Origin: a virus
Lineage: Duplodnaviria > Caudoviricetes
DNA length: 64,000 bases
Virus record (IMG/VR): IMGVR_UViG_3300003965_000013
Coordinates: 3,540 to 67,539 of that record
Direction: 5' to 3' (one strand)
The position numbers and the translations under genes are program-made. Within the stretch, counting starts at the first letter, position 1. Every line of letters begins with the position of its first letter. Below, piece after piece: positions 27,459 through 37,077 of this stretch. Under the pieces are notes generated by a model. It did no database searches. It had not been told where the DNA came from and saw only the letters and a program-made list of their open reading frames with translations.

Positions 27459-28209
27459 GATACAGCAATACATAGACGAGCAGTTACAGAAAAGCCAAGA
27501 GAAGCTGGGAACGGCTGCGTTTAAGAACGTGCCGCAAACGGGGCAGATTGCATTGGAGGGGCAGATTACTACCGGTGATGATGTGCGGGTGAAAGAATCT
27601 ATGCAGAAAAGCACGTATGATGCCAATAAAGACGGTACGGTGGATAATGCAAAAGAAGTAGATGGCAACACGCCCGCTGATTTGCTGGACAGGGCCAACC
27701 ATACAGGAACGCAATTGAGTGGTACTATATCAGACTTTAACAGTGCGGTGGACAGTTTATTGTTGTGGAAGTATGTAACCAAGGGTACGAGCCAAGTAAA
27801 AAACAGCGATACCACGCTTGCCAATGACACGGAATTAGTAGTGCCATTAAGCGCCAGTAATTTATACCGTGTAAAGTTTTACGTGCTGCTGACAACGGCT
27901 AACGCTGCGATGGATTATAAGTTTGCATTGAACTTTAGCGGCACCACTACCAGTTTTTATGCAAAGGTAAAGTATGTACCGGCGGGTGATGTGAATGAAA
28001 ATATAGTTGTACAAAACAGCATTATTAGCAGCACTTCTGTTGCTGCAGCTACAAGTGGTGTAGCTTATGTAGAAATTGATTGCATTGTAGATGTTTTAAC
28101 GAGTGGCAGTTTAGGATTTCAATGGGCACAGGATACCAGTGATGCAGGTAATTTAACGGTGCTGAAAGGAAGTTATTTGGAATACGCAATAATGAATCCT
28201 CCACTTTAA
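27448..28209 (+). CDS. Hypothetical virion protein, beta-rich C-terminus
   Basis: 253 aa, coupled to the giant gene. Confidence 0.75.
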   Translation: MPTKIQQYIDEQLQKSQEKLGTAAFKNVPQTGQIALEGQITTGDDVRVKESMQKSTYDANKDGTVDNAKEVDGNTPADLLDRANHTGTQLSGTISDFNSAVDSLLLWKYVTKGTSQVKNSDTTLANDTELVVPLSASNLYRVKFYVLLTTANAAMDYKFALNFSGTTTSFYAKVKYVPAGDVNENIVVQNSIISSTSVAAATSGVAYVEIDCIVDVLTSGSLGFQWAQDTSDAGNLTVLKGSYLEYAIMNPPL

Positions 28210-28230
28210 AAAAAGCGGTGGATTTTTTTT
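28195..28230 (+). terminator. Probable intrinsic terminator
   Basis: Imperfect hairpin ATCCTCCACTTT-AAA-AAAGCGGTGGAT followed by a T run. Confidence 0.5.
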
Positions 28231-28240
28231 GCTATTTTTG

Positions 28241-28257
28241 AGATACATTTTGTATCT
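28241..28257. promoter_or_regulatory. 17-bp palindromic operator, copy 3
   Basis: TATTTTTG (-7) immediately followed by AGATACATTTTGTATCT, then ATG at 28261. Confidence 0.8.
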
Positions 28258-28260
28258 GTT

Positions 28261-28875
28261 ATGCAATACACAGAAAAAGAATTTAATCGGTGTTTGGTAA
28301 ACCCGATGCGGAAACAACTACTACACAAAGACACAAAGCTGGAAAGCATTTGGAAGGGTGCGGAAGATGAAGATAATTTCTTTATTGACGATGTTCCACG
28401 GGAAAAAATATGCAGATACATAGTGTGCATGTATGACCCCGAAAGCCCTTTGCTTAAAGAAAGTGTGTTTGCCCAGCGTAAAGCAGATGCGGCGGTGATA
28501 GCCGGGTATGACTTGGATGCGGATGCAAAGTTTTTGGAAGAGCATGTGTATAGCTGCAGCAATGAATATGTGCTTACGGTATTGGTGAATTACCAGCGGC
28601 TGAGTAATAACCGGCTGATGGCTTCGATCAATGCTGATGAGCAAACCTATTGGGAGTTTGTAAAACGACTGATGGAACCTATTACGAAAAGCGAGAAGGA
28701 CAAGGACATGATGAGTGCGCTGGATATTAAAACCAAACTGAGTGAGGCAAAGGAAGTGATTAATAAGCGGCTTACGGAAAACTGGAAGAAGCTGTTTGCC
28801 GGGGATGAGGACGCAGTGAAGGAAGTGGTAAAGCGAAATGTTTTTAGGCCTGAACATCAAGCAGGAATTGTATAA
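28261..28875 (+). CDS. Conserved phage protein upstream of TerL (possible small terminase subunit)
   Basis: 204 aa; position only. Confidence 0.45.
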   Translation: MQYTEKEFNRCLVNPMRKQLLHKDTKLESIWKGAEDEDNFFIDDVPREKICRYIVCMYDPESPLLKESVFAQRKADAAVIAGYDLDADAKFLEEHVYSCSNEYVLTVLVNYQRLSNNRLMASINADEQTYWEFVKRLMEPITKSEKDKDMMSALDIKTKLSEAKEVINKRLTENWKKLFAGDEDAVKEVVKRNVFRPEHQAGIV

Positions 28876-28877
28876 AT

Positions 28878-30929
28878 ATGTTTAAACCCATTCATAACGG
28901 TAAGTGTGTAACGGTGTACGGCTTAAAATGCTGGATACCTCCTGTGGGGTTTGGCTATCACTCCGACCCGGACCAGGCACGGATGATTGAGGCTAAAACA
29001 GGGCTGGCGCAACCACTGCTGGAACGGGTGGATGTGATTAAGCGAAGCACAAAAAAAGAAGAACAGTATTGGGAGCGACCTGATATACCTGCTGAGGTAA
29101 ACGAATGGTTTGAAGAAGAACGGGATCGGCAATTAACAGAACCCGAATGGCAGCACCCGGAACTGGCAAAGATTTCTCAACGGGAATGGCACAGAAGAAG
29201 ATACGGTGTGTGGTTTTATAACAACGGTGTGCCTGAGTATATAACAGGGCCCAACTACTATTTTCTTACCTACTGGGCCATGAACAGCGATACGGGCTAT
29301 CCTGACTTTCGGAAGATTGACCAGGAGTATTTTTATTTCTGGGCGTATTGTTATGAGGATCCAAAATGCTACGGGATGAATGACATTGAGAAGCGCCGGA
29401 ATGGTAAAACCGAGAAGGCCGCATGTATAGCTGTAGAGATTATTACCCGTACTGCAAAATCCCATGCCTACATACAAAGCAAAACCGAAGCGGATGCAAA
29501 TGACTTGTTTGACTTAAAACTGATTCCTGCTTTTCGTGCCATGCCTCCGTACTTTAAGCCAGAGTATGACCGGGCGAAAGGTGACGTGCCCAAGGGAAAT
29601 ATTCGGTTCTTCAAAACCAGTAAGAAGGGTAAGATTGACCCTAAACTGCAGAAGGTGCCTGAATTACAATCCAGCATCAACGCCAAGGAAAGCGGAGCGA
29701 AGGCTATTGATGGTTTGAGAAGTAAAATATACATAGGCGATGAAAGTGGTAAGACAAAGGTGGATATGCTGGACAGGCATAAGGTAGTGCAGCGCTGTTG
29801 TAAAAACCAGAAAGGTGAGATTATTGGTAAAATGATTATTACCACTACGGTTGAGGAGGTAGGTTTTAAATACAAGTTTGACAAGCTGTGGGCACAAAGC
29901 AACCAGTTTGAAAGACAAAAAGACGGCAGCACTAAAAGCGGACTTTACAAATTGTTTACGCCTGCACACCGTAGTATGGATTATGACATTTACGGCTATC
30001 CGAAAGAACAGGAAGCCATTGATGCTATTAATGCGGAAAGGGAAAAGTTTAAGGATAGTGTGGAGGAATTAAATGATGTGATACGCAAAGAACCCATGAC
30101 GGAGGAAGAAGCGTTTTTTGTGGATGCCAAGCAGTGCCATTTCAACCCCAACAGTTTGAATTTTAGATTGAGCGATTTGAGCCTGCTCAAAAACTACAAA
30201 GAGCGTGGCAATTTTTCATGGGCTAATGGGGAGCGTGATACGAAGGTGATATGGACACCCGACCCTACGGGCAGGTGGGAGATATGCTGGCTGTTTGATA
30301 AACCCGGGCAGAGCAATAAAGTAGAACGCAGGGGCAACCGATATATGCCGCTGAACGGTTTGCGATTTATTACAGGCTGCGACCCCTTTGACCATGACCA
30401 AGTAGAAGATACTAACCAACGAAGCAAGGGTTGTGCGTTTACATTAAAGCGCCACGATCCCAATGCGGAGAACGACCCTTATAACAAAGCCTTCATCTGC
30501 AAATACCTGTACCGGCACGAACTGGCGTACAGTTTTTATGAAGATATGATTATGCAGTGCTTCTACTTTGGAAGCCCACTGTTGTTTGAAAATAACAAAG
30601 GAGGTATTGCACGGTATTTTGAATTGAGAGGGTACAAAGATTTCTTGATTCATTACAGCGACCGTAAAGAAGCCGGTATTCCTGCCAGCACTGAGAACAA
30701 AGTGATGATGCTGGAAATTATGCAAGAGTTTTTTAAAGAACATATTGACAAACAATTTTTCCCTGATCTAATACAAGACCTGTTGAAGTTTGAAATAGCC
30801 AACACGCAAAAGTACGATTTGAGTATGGCAGCGGGGTGGACACTGTTTGCTGACCATTACAATGTAGCAGCCAAAGGAAGCACAGGATTAAAAGACGTAA
30901 CAAAATTATTCAGGCGGTATGCCGCATAA
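28878..30929 (+). CDS. terL: Terminase large subunit
   Basis: KRRNGKT Walker A, IGDESGK Walker B, TGCDPFD nuclease motif, YDLSMAAG. Confidence 0.93.
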   Translation: MFKPIHNGKCVTVYGLKCWIPPVGFGYHSDPDQARMIEAKTGLAQPLLERVDVIKRSTKKEEQYWERPDIPAEVNEWFEEERDRQLTEPEWQHPELAKISQREWHRRRYGVWFYNNGVPEYITGPNYYFLTYWAMNSDTGYPDFRKIDQEYFYFWAYCYEDPKCYGMNDIEKRRNGKTEKAACIAVEIITRTAKSHAYIQSKTEADANDLFDLKLIPAFRAMPPYFKPEYDRAKGDVPKGNIRFFKTSKKGKIDPKLQKVPELQSSINAKESGAKAIDGLRSKIYIGDESGKTKVDMLDRHKVVQRCCKNQKGEIIGKMIITTTVEEVGFKYKFDKLWAQSNQFERQKDGSTKSGLYKLFTPAHRSMDYDIYGYPKEQEAIDAINAEREKFKDSVEELNDVIRKEPMTEEEAFFVDAKQCHFNPNSLNFRLSDLSLLKNYKERGNFSWANGERDTKVIWTPDPTGRWEICWLFDKPGQSNKVERRGNRYMPLNGLRFITGCDPFDHDQVEDTNQRSKGCAFTLKRHDPNAENDPYNKAFICKYLYRHELAYSFYEDMIMQCFYFGSPLLFENNKGGIARYFELRGYKDFLIHYSDRKEAGIPASTENKVMMLEIMQEFFKEHIDKQFFPDLIQDLLKFEIANTQKYDLSMAAGWTLFADHYNVAAKGSTGLKDVTKLFRRYAA

Positions 30930-30940
30930 AACAATAAACC

Positions 30941-33217
30941 ATGACCTCATCATCATTTCCGAAGCACAATATTAACCCTGCAGAAAAGGGTAAGGATTGG
31001 TGCTTGCAATTTGCAAAAGCGGCGTACCACAGTTATGAAACCTCTGTAGGCAGAAAAATGTTTATGGGCAAGGCCCGTGTGTATGACGAAATAAAACAGT
31101 ATATGTACGGCAGGCAGGACACCCGCAGGTATCACAAAGCCGTGGGTGTGGATGAAGAAACCAATACTACGTATGCTAATATTGATAACCGGGTACTGGC
31201 AATTGTTTCCAAACAACGCAGAACGGCGCTGGGCCTGCTGCAGAAAAGTTTATACAACATTGTAGCCACTACCATTGATACGCAGGCAAGGAATGAGGTG
31301 GATGAGTATTATGCACAGGTAAAAGCAAAACTGCTTTTAAAGAGAGCGCTGGAAGAACAGGCCCCCGAACTGGCAAACCATCCTTCTTTGATGCTGGATG
31401 CCAAAGACCCGCAGGATTTGGAGGAATTGGAAATGCAGGCAGAGTATGGTTTTAAACACCAAATGGCAATTGAGGCCGAGGATGCGGTGAATTTATCTTT
31501 TGCCTGGAATGATATTGCAAGATGCAGGGATATGGTGTTTGAAAAGCTGTTTGATGAGGGCGTGGCGGTGTATAAGGATTGGCTGGATAAGAATGGCAAA
31601 CCAAAATTCAGAGTGTGTGATAACCGGAACATTGTGTGCAACTACTGCAACTATGCTGACTTTAGTGATTTGCTGTACATAGGAGAAGTGGTTGAAAAGC
31701 CTTTTCATGCGTTTACCGAAGATGCGGGTAATGCGTTTACCGAGGCAGAGTATGAACGTATTTATGAAAGCGCCAAGGCTACGTTTGGCAATGTAAACAT
31801 GCCCGCCTATCAACAGAACGGATATGACAAATGCAAGGTGCAGGTATTGGAATTGCAGTGGTACAGTGTGGATGATTATTTTTTTGAAAGCCGGGTAACG
31901 GCGGCGGGTAATTTGATTTATGTACCCGTGAAGTACAGTGATCGTAAATACAACAGCAGGAATTATGACTACCGCCCCGTAACGATGGTGTACAAAGCGA
32001 AGTGGATTGTGGGTACTGATTTTATTTATGACTTTGGAAAGATGCCCAACCCTAAGCGTAACCCCAACAAAACCGGTATTGCCAAGCTGGATTACCATAT
32101 TGAAGTCATCAACTTTGACCGGATGGAGTGCAAGGGTATTGGAGAGGATTTAATGACCATTGCTGACCAGATACATCTTGCATGGTTGAAGTGGCAAAAT
32201 ATACAGAACTCCCTTATTCCTTACATGATTGAAATTGATTTGGATGCTTTGGAAAATGTAGCGCTGGGGGCAGGTGGTGAAAAGCTGACGGCAAAAGAAG
32301 TGCTGGATATGGCATTTCAAAACGGGATATTGATAACGAGAAGGCAGGGTATAAGTGAACGGAACATCAACTACCAAGCTGTAAACTTTATACAAACCAA
32401 TTACGGCGAAGCGGTGGCCGAAGCGTGGAATAATTTGGTGCGGGTGATAGGTATGGTGAACGAGATTATTGGGCTGAACGAGTTAACGGACAGCAGCACT
32501 CCCAACCCGAAGATATTGACCAACCCGGCAATGATGGCTGTGGAGGGAACCAAGAATGCGCTTTACAATATTGTGGCGGCTGAAAAACGGCTGTTATTGA
32601 AAGTGGCAAATGCGATGGTAAAGCGGATGCAGCAGGCAGTAAAGAAAGGAAAGGTGGAAGGTTATTTACCGGCGCTGGGTGAGGGTACGATGAAGTTTAT
32701 ACAACTGAGCCCGGATTTGGATTTGCACGAGTTTGGAATTTTTCTTGAAGATAAACTGACCGATGAAAAGCGGCAGCTATTTGTGCAGGAAGTGTTTAAC
32801 TATAAGAGCCAAGGGTTGATTGACCCTACCGATGCGATATTGGTAGAGAATGAACCTAACCTAAAACGTGCTGCACAAATGCTGGCATACCGTATTGATA
32901 AGCGTAAGAAGCAGATGCAAAAAGAAGCCATGCAGCAGCAGCAAATGAACGGGCAGATACAGATACAGAGCGCACAAGCTGCAGAACAGTTTAAGCAGGA
33001 AACACTTCAATTGGAATACCAGTTAAAAGCCGAGTTGCTGAAAATGGAAATTGATGGCAAGCTGATGCTGAAACAACTGGAAGTAGAAGGCAAAGTAAGC
33101 GTAACCGATAAAGAGCAAACCACCAAAGAACGGATTAAAGACAAAGAATTGGGACTACCGCCTGCCCCGCAGCAACAGATACAAATTGAGCCTGTAACGG
33201 AAGATGAAGAAATGTAA
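30941..33217 (+). CDS. Portal protein (crAss-like)
   Basis: 758 aa directly after TerL; Gln-rich coiled-coil C-terminal barrel. Confidence 0.85.
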   Translation: MTSSSFPKHNINPAEKGKDWCLQFAKAAYHSYETSVGRKMFMGKARVYDEIKQYMYGRQDTRRYHKAVGVDEETNTTYANIDNRVLAIVSKQRRTALGLLQKSLYNIVATTIDTQARNEVDEYYAQVKAKLLLKRALEEQAPELANHPSLMLDAKDPQDLEELEMQAEYGFKHQMAIEAEDAVNLSFAWNDIARCRDMVFEKLFDEGVAVYKDWLDKNGKPKFRVCDNRNIVCNYCNYADFSDLLYIGEVVEKPFHAFTEDAGNAFTEAEYERIYESAKATFGNVNMPAYQQNGYDKCKVQVLELQWYSVDDYFFESRVTAAGNLIYVPVKYSDRKYNSRNYDYRPVTMVYKAKWIVGTDFIYDFGKMPNPKRNPNKTGIAKLDYHIEVINFDRMECKGIGEDLMTIADQIHLAWLKWQNIQNSLIPYMIEIDLDALENVALGAGGEKLTAKEVLDMAFQNGILITRRQGISERNINYQAVNFIQTNYGEAVAEAWNNLVRVIGMVNEIIGLNELTDSSTPNPKILTNPAMMAVEGTKNALYNIVAAEKRLLLKVANAMVKRMQQAVKKGKVEGYLPALGEGTMKFIQLSPDLDLHEFGIFLEDKLTDEKRQLFVQEVFNYKSQGLIDPTDAILVENEPNLKRAAQMLAYRIDKRKKQMQKEAMQQQQMNGQIQIQSAQAAEQFKQETLQLEYQLKAELLKMEIDGKLMLKQLEVEGKVSVTDKEQTTKERIKDKELGLPPAPQQQIQIEPVTEDEEM

Positions 33218-33258
33218 AATAAAATTATTTTACTATTAGAATTTTTAAAATATCTTTG

Positions 33259-33275
33259 AGATACAAAATGTATCT
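33259..33275. promoter_or_regulatory. 17-bp palindromic operator, copy 4
   Basis: TATCTTTG (-7) then AGATACAAAATGTATCT, ATG at 33278. Confidence 0.8.
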
Positions 33276-33277
33276 GT

Positions 33278-33568
33278 ATGGCAAAATTTATTAAAGAGGT
33301 TGAAGCATTGCAACTGGTGTTTACTGAAAAGCAGAAGAAAGAAATACTTGCTTCTAAAACACCTGTAGAGTGGGTGCTGAACTGCCCCGTTAAAAAGAAT
33401 GGCAGCGATCTTTTTATTGAATTGGTGATTAACGGAGCATCTGCCATTGCACAGGAAAGCGATTACATTCTTTTGGGCAAACAGGGCGAAGTGATTGCGG
33501 TGCAGAAAAAAGATGTGTTTGAAGCAGAACACAAGGCCGTTGAAAAACCTGCCAAGGATAAAAAATAA
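33278..33568 (+). CDS. PGDYG-like small protein
   Basis: AQESDYILLGKQGEVIAVQKKDVFE resembles the PGDY..KG..GE...K.D.F pattern. Confidence 0.5.
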   Translation: MAKFIKEVEALQLVFTEKQKKEILASKTPVEWVLNCPVKKNGSDLFIELVINGASAIAQESDYILLGKQGEVIAVQKKDVFEAEHKAVEKPAKDKK

Positions 33569-33576
33569 ACACAAAC

Positions 33577-34695
33577 ATGGAAGATTTACAAACACAAGAA
33601 ACACAGGAGCAGGGTACAAGTGTAGAGGAACTGGAAGTGGTATCGTTAAGTGAGCTTTTGAAACCAGCGGAAACGCCGAGCAGTGAAGAACCCGCCAACC
33701 CAACACCTGAACCAGCGGCCACAACTGTAACCGCAGAACCAGCACCCGCTGCACCCGAATCAACCCCGGCACCGGAGATAGCGACCCCAAAGATTGAGTA
33801 CGCTCCGCCGCCACAAAAGGAATTGACAGCCGAAGAACTTGTTCAACGGTTTGAAGATAAAACAGCTCTTTTAAAGCAATTAGGGTTAGATGATTTTCTG
33901 ATTGGCGCTTTGGATTATTACAAAGCACAAGGAGACCTTACCCCTTACCTGGAAGCAAAAACGGTAGACTTTGCCAAAATGCCGGAGCAGCAGATCGTAG
34001 AGCGTAAACTCAGAGAGAAGTACGCCTCACTTGGGCTGGCCGAGGATAAGGTAAACAAACTGGTGCAGCATGACCTGATACAAACCTACAAACAGGACGA
34101 AGCTACATTTTCTGAGACAGATGTGGAGCTGGGCCGCCTGCGTATGGAAGCGGATGCTGCCCTATACCGTAAAGAGTTTATGGAGCGGCAGCAAAAATTT
34201 GCAGCACCACCTAAACAGCCACAGGAGCAGGTACAGGAACCGAGCCATGAAGAATTGATTGAAGCCACCAAGCAGCGTGTTTTGGCCGAACCGCTGGTGC
34301 AGGAGTTTGTAAAAAAGCCCCTGTTGAAGATTGGTGACGATGAACTATCATTTAACTACGAAGCAAAGAATGTGAATGCAGCATTGGGCGTGTTGGTTGA
34401 TCCTGCACAAATGACTTTCTACACCTCCAAGAAAGATGAGATGGGAAGGATTTTGACGGATGTAAACGGCAACCCGGTGCCCGACTATTCATTTCTTTTG
34501 GAATTAGCCGCACACATTACAGACCGGCAGAACTACAATACGCTGCTGATGAAGCACGGTAAATCTTTGGGAACAAAACAGATTGCAGAGCAACTGAACC
34601 CCGAAGCGCCGAGCGGACAGGCAGTAGTACCTGATAGTGCCCCTGTAAACACGATGCAGGCGCTTGCTGATGCTTTACGACAGGAGCACGGGTAA
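33577..34695 (+). CDS. Putative scaffolding protein
   Basis: Acidic Pro/Glu-rich N-terminus, helical; directly before the capsid gene. Confidence 0.6.
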   Translation: MEDLQTQETQEQGTSVEELEVVSLSELLKPAETPSSEEPANPTPEPAATTVTAEPAPAAPESTPAPEIATPKIEYAPPPQKELTAEELVQRFEDKTALLKQLGLDDFLIGALDYYKAQGDLTPYLEAKTVDFAKMPEQQIVERKLREKYASLGLAEDKVNKLVQHDLIQTYKQDEATFSETDVELGRLRMEADAALYRKEFMERQQKFAAPPKQPQEQVQEPSHEELIEATKQRVLAEPLVQEFVKKPLLKIGDDELSFNYEAKNVNAALGVLVDPAQMTFYTSKKDEMGRILTDVNGNPVPDYSFLLELAAHITDRQNYNTLLMKHGKSLGTKQIAEQLNPEAPSGQAVVPDSAPVNTMQALADALRQEHG

Positions 34696-34725
34696 AACAT
34701 TTTTAACTATTAAACCTTATCAATT

Positions 34726-36051
34726 ATGCCACAAGGATTAGGCACTCAAAATAAAAAGACCGTAAGTGCGGTGGATATGTACGACGCAAGAGACATATTC
34801 CGTGACGGTATCTTAGACATCTACGACCAGGAAGGGTTGATGGATATTTTAAAGCTCAGTAACCGTATGGAGAAACACACTTCTTCCAACTGGGTATTTC
34901 ACAATTTTACAGATGAGGATGTGAACCGTACAGTAACCGCTCAGGCAACTGTATTAACAAGCGGAACACCATCTGTAACCGTTCCTATTAACGTACAAAA
35001 CTATGTGCGTGAGGGGGATTTGATTACTACCGTTTCCGGAAAGCAGGCCCGTGTGTTTTCAGTAACAAGGGGTACACCTGACAGCATGGTTATTAAATCT
35101 GTTGACGGTGGCAACCTTACTGTAACAGCCGGTGACGTGCTGGTTGTGGGTAGCCGTGCAGAGCGTGAAAACAGTAACGCTCCTGAGAACCTGAATTTTA
35201 CTCCTACCAAAGCATTGGGTAAGATTCAAGCGTTTTCTGAAACCTACCGGATTACCGATGTTGAAAAGTTTGATACCAAAGAAGTAAGCGTACAGGGCAG
35301 CAAAATGATTGTTGACTACGGTGCGTTGAAAACATTGCAGAAACTTTTAAGCCAGGTAAACTATCAGATGATTGCAGGGCAGATGAGTGCTACCAGTTTT
35401 TCTGACAGCGCTCCCGGTGATGTGGATGCTGATGGCTACACGTATCAAAGCACCCGTGGCTTGCATGATTACATTGCCTTTGGTGGTGGCGTAAGCGACA
35501 GTGTGGCTTCTGCAGGTACGTTTACAAAAGCCGATCTGGACGACCATGTAAACCAGATTGTAGCTAACAGAACAACCGCTACATCGTTCCTCGGTTTGCG
35601 TTCTACCAAGATTGCAAACATTATGGACAGTTATTTTAAAGGCACCAGCAATACCGGAATGACCAGTGCAAGGCTGCAGGTGGATGGCAAGGAGATCAAC
35701 TTTGATGTTGAAAAAGTTACATCTGGTGGTTTAACCTTCCAATACGCTGTATTGCCCATATTGAACAACCCACGTTTGTTTAATATGACCGGTAATATTT
35801 TCCATAACACGCTTTACCATATTCCACTTGACAAAGTGAAGCTGGTGGGCGGTGGTTATGCCGGCCGCATCCGCCTCCGTTATAAAAATACTCCTTCTGA
35901 GTATGGTAACGGTATGATTGCGGAAGCACACAGCGGTATGTTTGGCAAAGGCGGTAACAGCCTGAAAGCAAACATGGAGAAGCGTTTTTACACTGCGCAG
36001 GGGCTTGAAATTCTTGGCCCTCAGCACTTCTCAAAGTTGCAGTTCATTTAA
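34726..36051 (+). CDS. Major capsid protein
   Basis: 441 aa after the scaffold gene, followed by a strong terminator; ...QSTRGLHDYI...GLEILG C-terminal pattern. Confidence 0.8.
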   Translation: MPQGLGTQNKKTVSAVDMYDARDIFRDGILDIYDQEGLMDILKLSNRMEKHTSSNWVFHNFTDEDVNRTVTAQATVLTSGTPSVTVPINVQNYVREGDLITTVSGKQARVFSVTRGTPDSMVIKSVDGGNLTVTAGDVLVVGSRAERENSNAPENLNFTPTKALGKIQAFSETYRITDVEKFDTKEVSVQGSKMIVDYGALKTLQKLLSQVNYQMIAGQMSATSFSDSAPGDVDADGYTYQSTRGLHDYIAFGGGVSDSVASAGTFTKADLDDHVNQIVANRTTATSFLGLRSTKIANIMDSYFKGTSNTGMTSARLQVDGKEINFDVEKVTSGGLTFQYAVLPILNNPRLFNMTGNIFHNTLYHIPLDKVKLVGGGYAGRIRLRYKNTPSEYGNGMIAEAHSGMFGKGGNSLKANMEKRFYTAQGLEILGPQHFSKLQFI

Positions 36052-36055
36052 TACC

Positions 36056-36085
36056 AAAGGGGAGGCAACTCCCCTTTCTATCTTT
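36056..36085 (+). terminator. Intrinsic terminator
   Basis: AAAGGGGAG-GCAA-CTCCCCTTT followed by a T-rich tail. Confidence 0.85.
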
Positions 36086-36103
36086 TTACATAAACACACA
36101 AAC

Positions 36104-36997
36104 ATGAAACAGCTTGGACGTTACAACAGAGTTTCTGCTAAGTTTTTGCAGGAGCTGGGTGTACAACAGCTTAAACCGGGAGAGCGTAAAAAGTTCCGGT
36201 ACAATACAGACAGGATTATTGTGAACGAGAACGGGAAGAAAGAGTATGCTTTTCCCGAAGTTTTTAAGCTGCCGCCTACGGATAGTATTTACGATCCTTA
36301 TGCCAATGAAGCCGGTGGTGCTATTGTAGATATTGGGTTGGTGAACGGAGTGGATGCAAGCGGCACTGCTATTGACAGCCAGATTATACGAAGATTTTTC
36401 AGGCCGGAGCCCGGCACGGGTAATATTTACCTGTATGGCAACAGTGATGAGGACAGGTACCTGTATTGGTATATGCAGTTATGCAATTATAATGCTAAGA
36501 GAAAAGACAGGGACAACAGCAAGACGGCTTTGTTTTACGAGGTGGATGAGAATGCAGAAGCAAAAGCAAGCCTGAGCAAACGAACCAAACTCTTTGAAAT
36601 ACAAACTTACGTAAACAGGCTTTCGGGCAGGGATTTGATTATGGTGGCCAAAGCGGTGGGAAGGCCAACAGAAGGGCAATCTCCTGAAATGATTAAAGAT
36701 GATTTGTGGGCCTTTGCGGAAGGAAACCCGGATGGATTTGAGGCGCTGATGAAAGATGATAAGAAGATTGAAAGCCTTTCTGTGATTAAGAGGGCGCTGG
36801 ACGAAGGCATATTGGTTTACGATGCCGTGCAAATGACAGTAACGAATACTGCCAGCAACAATGTAGTGGCAACATTAAAACGTGTGGAGGGTAAGAGCAC
36901 ACACGAACAACTGGATGAATATTTTAAAACGACCTCAAAAGGTGAAAAAGAATACGAAACAATCAAGAAACTGGTAGCTGCCAAAGCTGCGCAATGA
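36104..36997 (+). CDS. Conserved capsid-region protein
   Basis: ATG at 36104 (MKQLGRYNR) within ORF 36005..36997. Confidence 0.75.
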   Translation: MKQLGRYNRVSAKFLQELGVQQLKPGERKKFRYNTDRIIVNENGKKEYAFPEVFKLPPTDSIYDPYANEAGGAIVDIGLVNGVDASGTAIDSQIIRRFFRPEPGTGNIYLYGNSDEDRYLYWYMQLCNYNAKRKDRDNSKTALFYEVDENAEAKASLSKRTKLFEIQTYVNRLSGRDLIMVAKAVGRPTEGQSPEMIKDDLWAFAEGNPDGFEALMKDDKKIESLSVIKRALDEGILVYDAVQMTVTNTASNNVVATLKRVEGKSTHEQLDEYFKTTSKGEKEYETIKKLVAAKAAQ

Positions 36998-37032
36998 TGT
37001 GTTTTGTGTTTGTAGTAGCCCGTAAAGCTACT

Positions 37033-37060
37033 GACCCTCTTTGTTTAGAGAGGGTCTTTT
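37033..37060 (+). terminator. Intrinsic terminator
   Basis: GACCCTCT-N8-AGAGGGTC-TTTT. Confidence 0.8.
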
Positions 37061-37077
37061 AAAAAACTTTGGTAGCC

